Shown here piece after piece: positions 47,800 through 56,092 of a stretch of 64,000 bases of DNA. The notes under the pieces are model-generated. The model saw nothing but the letters and a program-made list of their open reading frames with translations. It was not told the origin of the DNA and did no database searches. Positions within the stretch are counted from its first letter, which is position 1, and every line of letters begins with the position of its first letter. A program made the position numbers and the translations under genes. This DNA comes from Candidatus Iainarchaeum sp. (GTDB lineage: Archaea; Iainarchaeota; Iainarchaeia; Iainarchaeales; DTGL01). Location: the NCBI GenBank assembly GCA_026413945.1, contig JAOAJX010000002.1:1-64000 (forward strand), read 5' to 3'.

Positions 47800-48793
47800 T
47801 CCCCAAAAGCTTTTTCATTTCTTCATATTTTGGTGGCAAACGATAGCCAATGGCAACAATTATGCGCCTTTTTTCATTAGGATCTCTTATACCAAACCTT
47901 TCAAATGCTTTTTCAAAGTTTGCGGCTTCTTTATTAAAGATTGTACTTCTTAAAAGCTCCCACTCATCTTTGCTCATGCCTCTGAAAATTTTCATTTGTA
48001 AAGATTTCAAAGCCTTTTTATCACCAAAAAAAATTCCTGAAAAAATTTTTTCCAATATGATGGGCCTTTCTCTAGGCATTACCGCCTTGGGATTTATTAA
48101 TCGTGTTGCGGCATCAAGCTTTAATCCGTATTTTCTGCAGAGCTGAAGCGCCTTCATTTCTAGCCTTGGAGCAGTGCCGATAAAGACAACATCTATGTCG
48201 GATTGCGGAACAAAATACCCTTTGGCCATGCTGCCACGTACAATCATACCAACATAGCCTCTGCCAAATTTCAACTTTAATTGATTGTTTATTGCTTTTA
48301 GCTTGTTAGCTTTTTCGAAAAAACTTTTTATGAAAGGGGTTGCTAAATAGGGCTTACGTCTTGTCAAAAGATATTTCTTTGTTTGGTGCTCTGGCAAATC
48401 TTGAGCTTTAATCTTGCCCATTTCAATATGTTCTTTTGACGTTATGCTTTCACTAACAAATGCAAGCTCGCTCTGTATTCTTGCTCTTTGCTCTGGAGCA
48501 AAGCTCTCCAAGGCTTTTGGGACATGCTTCATTAGAAATGATTGGCTTTTTGTGGAAAGGGCACTAATAGCAGCTGAGCGCAAAGCGGGATTTGTGCCTA
48601 TAAGTGCAGCAAGTGCAATTTTAAGCGGCAGTCTTCTTCGTCCAAGCGCACGATAAAATGCAGCATCTTGGCTTTTATTCCAAATATTCGCATACCCTAT
48701 CCTTATGCCTGCTTTTTTAGCGCATCTCAGCTGTTCTGCAGCAACCTTAAGCTGCTCAGCGTATTTTGTTGTCATTTTCCTTTGCGCTCGCAT
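47777..48793 (-). CDS. Basic protein with pol-beta-like nucleotidyltransferase domain
   Basis: GMIVRGSMAKG...SDIDVVFI (GS...DxD); long basic N-terminal region. Confidence 0.7.
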   Translation of the reverse strand: MRAQRKMTTKYAEQLKVAAEQLRCAKKAGIRIGYANIWNKSQDAAFYRALGRRRLPLKIALAALIGTNPALRSAAISALSTKSQSFLMKHVPKALESFAPEQRARIQSELAFVSESITSKEHIEMGKIKAQDLPEHQTKKYLLTRRKPYLATPFIKSFFEKANKLKAINNQLKLKFGRGYVGMIVRGSMAKGYFVPQSDIDVVFIGTAPRLEMKALQLCRKYGLKLDAATRLINPKAVMPRERPIILEKIFSGIFFGDKKALKSLQMKIFRGMSKDEWELLRSTIFNKEAANFEKAFERFGIRDPNEKRRIIVAIGYRLPPKYEEMKKLLGIERNVKH

Positions 48794-48829
48794 TGTAACC
48801 TTTTTCCATTATAGTTTTTTTATTTTTTA

Positions 48830-49138
48830 ATGCTTTTGTTTAATTGTTTAATTATGAAGATAACTAATTATGGCTTTTTCGGAGCCCTGTCCTCAAAAAA
48901 AAGGTTTTCAATTATTAAAGCGTTAATGAAAGAAGAACTTTCTGTAAAAGAGATATGCACAAAACTGCGCTGTGAACAAACAAATGTATCGCATCAGCTA
49001 AAAATTCTTCAAAATTATGGCATTGTTTTTTCCAAAAGAGCTGGTAAGAAAAAGATTTATTCAATCAATGAGGAGTTGAGGCCAATTATTAGACAAGCAC
49101 AAAGGTTCGTAAGAAAAAATTGCATAAATAAAGCTTAA
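48830..49138 (+). CDS. ArsR/SmtB family transcriptional regulator
   Basis: ALSSKKRFSII, LSVKEI, QTNVSHQLKIL..GIV..KRAGKKKIYS. Confidence 0.88.
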   Translation: MLLFNCLIMKITNYGFFGALSSKKRFSIIKALMKEELSVKEICTKLRCEQTNVSHQLKILQNYGIVFSKRAGKKKIYSINEELRPIIRQAQRFVRKNCINKA

Positions 49139-49701
49139 ATTTGGTGGGCTTTTAGCCAGAGGGCAAGCTTTTCTGCTGCTAAGGCTCTATGAGATATTTC
49201 GTTTTTTTCACTGCGGGCCATCATGCATAATGGCTTCTTACCATTAAACGGGATGAATATTCTTTCGTATGGCATTACCTTTTTGCTCTTACACCATACA
49301 CGTTGTGATATTCTTCCTTTGAGCTTCCCAACGAAAACTTTGGTTTTTTTTCCATCTGTATAGCATATTGCTGTCTTAAAATAAGCTAAGTTTGATTTCT
49401 TTGCAGCCATTTTCAAGAGACCTTCATAGCCGATTTTCTCAAATATGCGCTTAGCCATTACTCCTGGAAAATTAGAATAGCCTTGGAAAAACACGCCAGT
49501 ATCTTCGACTATTAGCGGCTTACCAAAGATCTTGTATGCTTCAGCGGCTTTTTGTCTGGCTATCGCCTCAACATTTTTTGCGCCATCTTCAGAAAGCTCT
49601 GCCTTTTGCCACATTAGCTTTACTCCATGCTTTGCCAAAATCTTTTTTAGCTCGAGAAATTTGTGCCTATTGCTTGAGACAAAGATTAGCAAAAGCGACA
49701 C
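49135..49701 (-). CDS. rdgB: Non-canonical purine NTP pyrophosphatase (RdgB/HAM1)
   Basis: SSNRHK, VEDTG, FPG, EKNEISHRALA. Confidence 0.9.
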   Translation of the reverse strand: MSLLLIFVSSNRHKFLELKKILAKHGVKLMWQKAELSEDGAKNVEAIARQKAAEAYKIFGKPLIVEDTGVFFQGYSNFPGVMAKRIFEKIGYEGLLKMAAKKSNLAYFKTAICYTDGKKTKVFVGKLKGRISQRVWCKSKKVMPYERIFIPFNGKKPLCMMARSEKNEISHRALAAEKLALWLKAHQI

Positions 49702-49956
49702 CTAAAAAAAACCTTTTCTTTTTTCAGGGTATAAACCGGAAACAAAGAACATAAACGCACCAAAAAATATGAAAAAAAAGCCAATAGCGTAAAAAAATTT
49801 TAAATTTGCTGCCAATGCTAAAGACTTATTTGCAGGTAACTCATTCGTTCTTTTCCCATTACTCAAAAATGGCTCCATAAAAAAGTAAGCCAGAACAATA
49901 AAAAAAATTCCTGTGACATAGAAAAATAAAGCATTAGTTTTTGTTAAGAATGGCAT
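49702..49956 (-). CDS. Small two-TM membrane protein
   Basis: Two hydrophobic helices; fits operon between neighbours. Confidence 0.65.
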   Translation of the reverse strand: MPFLTKTNALFFYVTGIFFIVLAYFFMEPFLSNGKRTNELPANKSLALAANLKFFYAIGFFFIFFGAFMFFVSGLYPEKRKGFF

Positions 49957-49968
49957 AATTTTATAAAA

Positions 49969-50556
49969 CTACAAAAAAGCTTTAAAGACAACAAGGTCTT
50001 CAAAGAAAAAATGCTTTCTCGTAAGAACATTATATTTAAACCCAACATATTTAAGCTTTTGTTTAGTTTCTGCTTCATTGGTAATGCTGCTTTGAATAAA
50101 GTAAGCGCTGCCATTTTTTTTAAGAAATCTAGGCAAATGTTCAATAAATCTGAATAAAAGCTCGTTTCCTTTTTTGCCACCGTCAAGAGCTTTGTCTTCT
50201 TTGCCATTATTCGGCAGATAAGGCGGATTAAAAACAATGCAATCAAACTTTTTACCTTTGACTGGCTCGAATAAGTCACCATACAATATCTTTGCGTTTG
50301 AGGAAAAGCCAAGGCGCTTTATGTTTTCTTCTGTATTTTTTAAAGCATATTTGTTTATATCAGTCGCTGTAACTATTGCTCCTTGCCTAAGTAGATTTAT
50401 TGCTTGAATTCCACAACCACAGCCAATATCAAGTGCACTTGTGCCTGGCATAACTCTTACATTTTCAGCCAAAAGATAGGAATCCTCAAAAGGCTCGTAA
50501 ACTGAATCATAGACAATAAGCTCAAAACCATGAAAAAACACTTTCCTCATCCGCAT
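49969..50556 (-). CDS. HemK2/PrmC-related protein methyltransferase
   Basis: VYEPFEDSYLL, LDIGCGCG, FNPPYLP, ALDGG. Confidence 0.9.
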   Translation of the reverse strand: MRMRKVFFHGFELIVYDSVYEPFEDSYLLAENVRVMPGTSALDIGCGCGIQAINLLRQGAIVTATDINKYALKNTEENIKRLGFSSNAKILYGDLFEPVKGKKFDCIVFNPPYLPNNGKEDKALDGGKKGNELLFRFIEHLPRFLKKNGSAYFIQSSITNEAETKQKLKYVGFKYNVLTRKHFFFEDLVVFKAFL

Positions 50557-50604
50557 AAGCTAATAAACCAAACAAATTTAAACATTGGCACACTTAAGTT
50601 AATA

Positions 50605-50680
50605 GCGGATTGGCAGCCTGGTTTGATTGGTTTAAAGACCAGCAAAACCAACTCTCTTAGCAGCATACTGCCAATCCGCA
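50605..50680 (+). ncRNA. Candidate 76-nt structured ncRNA
   Basis: Perfect 12-bp terminal stem GCGGATTGGCAG/CTGCCAATCCGC enclosing a second hairpin; TTTAAA ~23 nt upstream; pyrimidine tract downstream. Confidence 0.55.
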
Positions 50681-50760
50681 TTTTCACTTCTTCTTAGTAT
50701 AAGAAAAGTATAAATAATACCTCTGACATTTATATCTTAACTAAAAAAGGAGGTATTGCT

Positions 50761-51210
50761 GTGTTAGGATTTGGAAAAGGAAAAATTGATTTGCAGCTAG
50801 AAAAGTTTAATTATCGCCCAGGAGAAACAATCCGCGGCAAGATTGTTCTTGCGCTCAATAAGCCGGTAAAGGCAAGGCGACTTAAAGTGAGGTTTTTTGG
50901 TGTGAGAGAAGGAAGAAAAACAGTAGTTATCGGTGGTGGTAGATCAGCGGACTACAGCAATGATATTGTATATTCTTTTGAAATGAATCTCGATGGTGAA
51001 AAGGAATACACTGGTGGTGAATATGACTTTGAGATCATTGTTCCTCAGGATTTACTGACAAAGGTTGATCTAAGCGGTACAGGAGCTTTAGGTGCGCTGA
51101 TGCAGTTTGTAATGTTAATGGCACCTAGGCCTAAATGGTATGTTGAAGCTGCTTTAGATGTGCCAATGGGCCTTGATGTAAGCAAAAGGGTTCAGATAAA
51201 CATTGGTTGA
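50761..51210 (+). CDS. Arrestin-N / SpoOM-like beta-sandwich protein
   Basis: YRPGETIRGKIVL...KARRLKVRFFG...EYDFEIIVP...WYVEAALDVPMGLD; AGGAGGT SD. Confidence 0.7.
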   Translation: MLGFGKGKIDLQLEKFNYRPGETIRGKIVLALNKPVKARRLKVRFFGVREGRKTVVIGGGRSADYSNDIVYSFEMNLDGEKEYTGGEYDFEIIVPQDLLTKVDLSGTGALGALMQFVMLMAPRPKWYVEAALDVPMGLDVSKRVQINIG

Positions 51211-51214
51211 TAAT

Positions 51215-51883
51215 TTAAAGCCATTTTTTGGCCCAATTACAAAATCCACAGTTTTTATTAGGCTCTGGGGGCTCTTTTAGGCATAATAAGGCGAGTGCCC
51301 TCTTGAAAACTTCTGCACCTCGTTCTGGGTTTGTCATAACTTTAACAAGATCGGATTCAAAAACGATTTCCCCAGTTTCCTTTATTTCTTTAGGATAATA
51401 AAATAAAAGATATCCATAATCTTCAGTTTCGTAGCCGTTCTTTCTGAGCAAAAGGTTGTATATGTCAAGTTGCAGCTCATAATACGAAGCACTATCTTCT
51501 TTTGGTGCAGAGCCACGTGTTTTAAAGTCAAGTACAATAAGCTTTCCATTATGTTCTAAAATGCTGTCAATCGCACCAGCAAGCACAATTCCAGAGTTAT
51601 CTATGTATTGCAACCCTCTTCTCGAATTGCGCCACTCTCGAAGCTTTTCCTTATCACTAAAAAGCTTGAAACCATCACAAAGCGCATTTTTTCTTATTTC
51701 GGGTGGCAATACGCCTTTGTCAATGTATCTGTCAAAATGCTCTTTAATTATTTTATCCATGCCGCTTTGCAAAGAGGGAAATACAAAATCAGGCCTTTTA
51801 ATGCCTTTCACAAAGTGAAGCCAAAAGCACCTCTCACATTCAAGAAACAATGCTAAAGTTGTTGGCGAAAGCCTACACTCCAT
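51215..51883 (-). CDS. PD-(D/E)XK nuclease superfamily protein (RecB/Cas4-like)
   Basis: LSPTTL..FLECERCFW, GAIDSI...VLDFKT, QLDIY, C-terminal CGFC. Confidence 0.88.
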   Translation of the reverse strand: MECRLSPTTLALFLECERCFWLHFVKGIKRPDFVFPSLQSGMDKIIKEHFDRYIDKGVLPPEIRKNALCDGFKLFSDKEKLREWRNSRRGLQYIDNSGIVLAGAIDSILEHNGKLIVLDFKTRGSAPKEDSASYYELQLDIYNLLLRKNGYETEDYGYLLFYYPKEIKETGEIVFESDLVKVMTNPERGAEVFKRALALLCLKEPPEPNKNCGFCNWAKKWL

Positions 51884-51935
51884 GATTTTCTTCTTGTGCA
51901 ATCTTCATAAAAAACTTTTACTTTATTCTGATTTT

Positions 51936-52670
51936 ATGCTTGCGGATATTCATTGCCATCTTGATGAGTTTTCAAAGCCGGAAGATCAAATAAAAAATGC
52001 AGAAAAAATGGGAGTATGCTTAATTCTTACCAATTCTGTTGATCTTAAAAGCATGCGAAAGAACATGGAAATTTCGGAAAAATTTCGTTCGGTAAAGTGT
52101 GCATTTGGTATTCATCCAAATGAGATAATTAAAATGACAAATGATGAAATCCTTTCAACTATCACCTTTATTGAAAAAAATATTTCGCTTTGCTCAGCCA
52201 TTGGCGAAACCGGCCTTGACTTTAAGTACGCTAACGAAAGGCAAAAAGCACAGCAAAAATCTATATTTGCAAGACACATCGAAATAGCCAAAAATGCAAA
52301 AATGCCAATTATTGTGCACTCGCGCATGGCACGTGAGGATTGCCTAAAAATCCTTGAGAAATATGAAGCAAGAAAGGTTGTGCTACATTGGTTTGTTTCT
52401 TGTGAAAATTTGCTTAAAAAAGCGATTTCGCTTGGTTATTATATCTCAATAGGACCAAGCGTGCTTTTTGAAAAGCATGTTCAAGAATTTGCTAAGCTTG
52501 TACCTGTGGAAAGCGTGCTTTTTGAGACAGACGCTCCGGTAGAATACAATGGAAAAAAATCCGAACCGGCTTGGATAAAAGATGTTGCTACTAAAGTTGC
52601 TGAAATAAGTGGTTTAAGCTATGGAGAGATTTGCCACATTGCGAAAAAAAATTTAGAGAAATTATTTTAG
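51936..52670 (+). CDS. tatD: TatD family DNase
   Basis: DIHCHL, GIHP, IGETGLDF, IVHSR, LHWF, FETDAP. Confidence 0.92.
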   Translation: MLADIHCHLDEFSKPEDQIKNAEKMGVCLILTNSVDLKSMRKNMEISEKFRSVKCAFGIHPNEIIKMTNDEILSTITFIEKNISLCSAIGETGLDFKYANERQKAQQKSIFARHIEIAKNAKMPIIVHSRMAREDCLKILEKYEARKVVLHWFVSCENLLKKAISLGYYISIGPSVLFEKHVQEFAKLVPVESVLFETDAPVEYNGKKSEPAWIKDVATKVAEISGLSYGEICHIAKKNLEKLF

Positions 52671-52717
52671 TCTGTTTTTGGCAAAACCTTTTATATGCCT
52701 TTTACCTAATAGTTTGC

Positions 52718-55417
52718 ATGGACTGGCATTCGATGAGTGCTTCTGATGTCCTAAAAGCCTTAAAAACAAGTTCTTCGGGCTTAACTGAAAGTGAAGTTGA
52801 GAGGCGCCTCTGCCAATATGGCAAAAATTTAATTGAGTCAGAGTACAAGATAAATCCAATAAAAATATTCCTCAAACAATTCACAGATTATTTGATTCTT
52901 ATTCTAATTGCTGCTGCAGTTGTCTCATTCATAATGAGTTTACTTCCTGGCGGGGAAGGTCACGAGATTGATGCAATTCTAATTGCAATAATATTAATAG
53001 CAAATGCAACTATTGGATTTTTTCAGGAATATAAAGCCGAAAAGAGCATTCTTGCGTTGAAAAAACTTGCTGCCCCTAATGCAGTAGTTTTACGTGAGGG
53101 TTTTGAAAAAATAGTGCCTGCGGAACTAATTGTACCAGGAGATATAATAGTTCTAGAAGCCGGATCAAAAGTCCCTGCAGACGCAAGGATTATCGAGCAT
53201 GTAAATCTGCAAGTTGACGAATCGATGCTAACCGGTGAAAGCATGCCTGTTTCAAAAGACTTGGAGGCGCTTCCAGAAGAAACTGTTTTGGCTGAGAGAG
53301 CAAACATGCTTTACATGAATACGTTCATAATCAGCGGCAAGGCAAAGGCGGTTGTTGTCGCCATTGGCAAGGAAACAGAAATAGGAAAAATCGCAAAGAT
53401 GCTTTCAGAAGTGAAGGAAAGACCAACTCCATTTCAGGTTGAGGTTGATAAACTCGGAAAAGCAATTGGCCTTGGCGTAATTGCAATAATCTCTTTTGTG
53501 GCTGTTTTGCAATTTGCAGTAATAAATGACACTCCATTTGAGATCTTCTTAAGATCAGTTTCTTTAGCAGTGGCTGCAGTCCCGGAAGGTCTGCCAGTCG
53601 TTGTAAGTGTTGTGCTCACTTTAGGGATAAGAAAAATGGCAAAGAAGAGAGCACTTGCAAGAAAGCTTCCTGTTGCAGAAAGCTTAGGATCTGTGAATGT
53701 AATATGTACTGACAAAACTGGCACGCTAACAGAGAATAAAATGACTGTTAGGAAAATATATTTCAATGGCCATACATATGATGTTACTGGCACTGGTTAC
53801 GACGAAAAAGGACATTACAGTGGGGATAAAGCTATAGATGAAAATGAATTGAGGCCTTTGCTTCTTTGTGGTGTCCTTTGCAATGATGCAAAGGAGCACG
53901 TATTTCAAGATAAAAAAGAGTATTTTGGGGACCCGACTGAAATAGCCCTATTAATTGCAGCCAAAAAGGGGCATATAGAACCAGCTGTTGAAAATTCAAA
54001 AAATACACGCATTTACGAAGTACCCTTTACTAGTGAAAGGAAAATGATGAGTGTTGTTTGCAAAAGCAATAATGAACTAGTTGTTTATACCAAGGGGGCC
54101 CCAGAGATCTTGCTTGAGCATTGTAGCCATGTTTTTATAAATGGCAAGGAAGTAAAAATGACCACAGAAATAAAAGAAAAAATAATTAACGAGAACAAAG
54201 AGATGGCTAAAAATGCATTGAGGGTTCTTGCCTTCGCTACTAAAAAAATTAGCGCTTTGGATCTCAACGAAAAAACTATTGAAAAAAATCTTGTTTTTTT
54301 GGGTTTGCAAGGTATGATAGATCCACCAAGAGCCGGTGTCAAAGAAGCACTTGAGGATTGCAGAAGAGCTGGTATAAAAGTAATAATGGTAACCGGTGAC
54401 AACCTTGATACTGCAATTGCAATAGGAAAAGAGCTTGGCTTTAATGTCAAAAATGCTACAAGCAGCAAAGATCTTGAAAATATGGGTGATGAAGAACTAA
54501 AAAGCAAAATTGATTCAGTAGAGATTTTTGCAAGAGTTACACCAATACAAAAGGTAAGGATTGTGGATGCGCTACACGCTAAAAACTACATTGTAGCAAT
54601 GACTGGTGATGGTGCAAATGATGCTTTAGCTTTAAAAAAAGCTGATGTTGGCATTTCGATGGGCATACGTGGCACAGATGTTGCTAAAGAAGTAAGTGAT
54701 CTTGTTTTGCTTGATGACAATTTTGTCACTATAAGAGATGCTGTAGAAGAGGGTCGTGCCATATTCGACAACATAAAGAAGTTTGTGACTTACATGCTAT
54801 CAGCAAACTTGGGCGAAGTACTTGTAGTTTTTTTCTTTACAATTATGCAATTATTCCACAGCTTTGGCGATAATGTCGCGATACTAACAGCAGCACAGCT
54901 ATTGTGGATTAACATGCTAACAGACAGTATGCCAGCAATTGCACTCGGTCTAGACCCAGCTGCAAAGAATATAATGGAAAGAAAGCCGAGAAAAGCGGAG
55001 GAAGGTGTTATAGACCAAAAAGTTCTTTTCTCAATAATTAGCATAGGGCTTATTATGTCTGTAATTATACTTTTGACTTTTATGTATGCCTTCTTATATT
55101 CAACAGATAAAACAAATCGTTTCTTAAGGGCGCAAACAATTGCTTTTACGAGCGTAGTCGTTTTTGAATTGGTGCGTGCAAATATTGTAAGAGCAAATTA
55201 TAAAATAAACATACTCGCAAACAAATGGCTTTGGGCTTCTCTGATATTTGCTATGATTTTGCAATTTATTATATTGTACACTCCATTAAATACAGTTTTC
55301 AAAATAGTGCCATTGTCTTTCTACGACTGGCTTCTGATTTTAGTTTCTACTATAATATTTACAGCAATAATGTTTTTAGTCACCAAAGCAGAAAAAATAA
55401 TTTTTGTTGGTGAGTAA
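52718..55417 (+). CDS. P-type (IIA, Ca2+-type) cation-transporting ATPase
   Basis: LTGES, VPEGLP, ICTDKTGTLT, KGAPE, DPPR, TGDN, MTGDGANDA, QLLWINMLTD. Confidence 0.93.
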   Translation: MDWHSMSASDVLKALKTSSSGLTESEVERRLCQYGKNLIESEYKINPIKIFLKQFTDYLILILIAAAVVSFIMSLLPGGEGHEIDAILIAIILIANATIGFFQEYKAEKSILALKKLAAPNAVVLREGFEKIVPAELIVPGDIIVLEAGSKVPADARIIEHVNLQVDESMLTGESMPVSKDLEALPEETVLAERANMLYMNTFIISGKAKAVVVAIGKETEIGKIAKMLSEVKERPTPFQVEVDKLGKAIGLGVIAIISFVAVLQFAVINDTPFEIFLRSVSLAVAAVPEGLPVVVSVVLTLGIRKMAKKRALARKLPVAESLGSVNVICTDKTGTLTENKMTVRKIYFNGHTYDVTGTGYDEKGHYSGDKAIDENELRPLLLCGVLCNDAKEHVFQDKKEYFGDPTEIALLIAAKKGHIEPAVENSKNTRIYEVPFTSERKMMSVVCKSNNELVVYTKGAPEILLEHCSHVFINGKEVKMTTEIKEKIINENKEMAKNALRVLAFATKKISALDLNEKTIEKNLVFLGLQGMIDPPRAGVKEALEDCRRAGIKVIMVTGDNLDTAIAIGKELGFNVKNATSSKDLENMGDEELKSKIDSVEIFARVTPIQKVRIVDALHAKNYIVAMTGDGANDALALKKADVGISMGIRGTDVAKEVSDLVLLDDNFVTIRDAVEEGRAIFDNIKKFVTYMLSANLGEVLVVFFFTIMQLFHSFGDNVAILTAAQLLWINMLTDSMPAIALGLDPAAKNIMERKPRKAEEGVIDQKVLFSIISIGLIMSVIILLTFMYAFLYSTDKTNRFLRAQTIAFTSVVVFELVRANIVRANYKINILANKWLWASLIFAMILQFIILYTPLNTVFKIVPLSFYDWLLILVSTIIFTAIMFLVTKAEKIIFVGE

Positions 55418-55915
55418 ATGGATTTCTTCGAAGTTGTTAATAGAAGGTTTTCTGCAAGAAAATACTTACAAAAAAGCATGGATAAACACTTACTTGATAC
55501 AATCCTAGAAACCGTAACAAAAGCACCAAGTGCAGGAAACCTTAAAGCATATAAAATTCTTGCATTAAATAATAAAGAAATCAAGAGCGAACTTGCTAAA
55601 GCTGCATTTAACCAAAATTTCATTTTTGAGGCACCTGTAGTTTTAGTTTTTTGCGCATTACCTGAAATAAGTTCGGCAGTATACGGCAAAAGAGGCGCAG
55701 AACTTTATAGCATACAAGACGCAACAATTGCTGCAAGCTATGCGCAGTTAGCTGCAACAGCAGTTGGTTTAGCGACATGTTGGGTTGGTGCGTTTGATGA
55801 AGATTTGGTCAAGAAGATTCTCGGACTAGTTAATGAAAGGCCTATAGTTTTGATGCCAATTGGATTTGCCGCAGAAAATAAAATAAGCAAGAAAAATTAT
55901 ATAAAAAATAAATAA
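55418..55915 (+). CDS. Nitroreductase family protein
   Basis: RRFSARKY, APSAGN, QDATIA, GLATCWVGAF. Confidence 0.9.
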   Translation: MDFFEVVNRRFSARKYLQKSMDKHLLDTILETVTKAPSAGNLKAYKILALNNKEIKSELAKAAFNQNFIFEAPVVLVFCALPEISSAVYGKRGAELYSIQDATIAASYAQLAATAVGLATCWVGAFDEDLVKKILGLVNERPIVLMPIGFAAENKISKKNYIKNK

Positions 55916-55935
55916 AAGTTTAAGTAAAATCTAAA

Positions 55936-55968
55936 TTACTTCTTCTTTGCCTTCTTCTTTGCCGCCAC
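55936..55968 (-). CDS. Candidate micro-ORF MAAKKKAKKK
   Basis: GGGGGTGA SD, 4-nt spacer, GTG GCG GCA AAG AAG AAG GCA AAG AAG AAG TAA; AAAACAATTAAATA promoter-like element upstream; T-rich downstream. Confidence 0.55.
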   Translation of the reverse strand: MAAKKKAKKK

Positions 55969-56092
55969 CACTTCACCCCCTTGCTAATTTAGATACACCA
56001 ATAGATGTAAGAACAACTATTTAATTGTTTTGGTAAGAAAACAAGTTTTGGGAGAAAAAAGTATATGAAAAATTTTTCATATGTAAATTTTT

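Noticed and set aside
50605-50680. Assignment as SRP RNA, H/ACA RNA, canonical tRNA or a 44-codon minus-strand ORF
   Set aside because: Lacks the SRP CAGG/AGCA loop with GNRA, the K-turn/ACA box and the TTCRA loop; the ORF has no recognisable features
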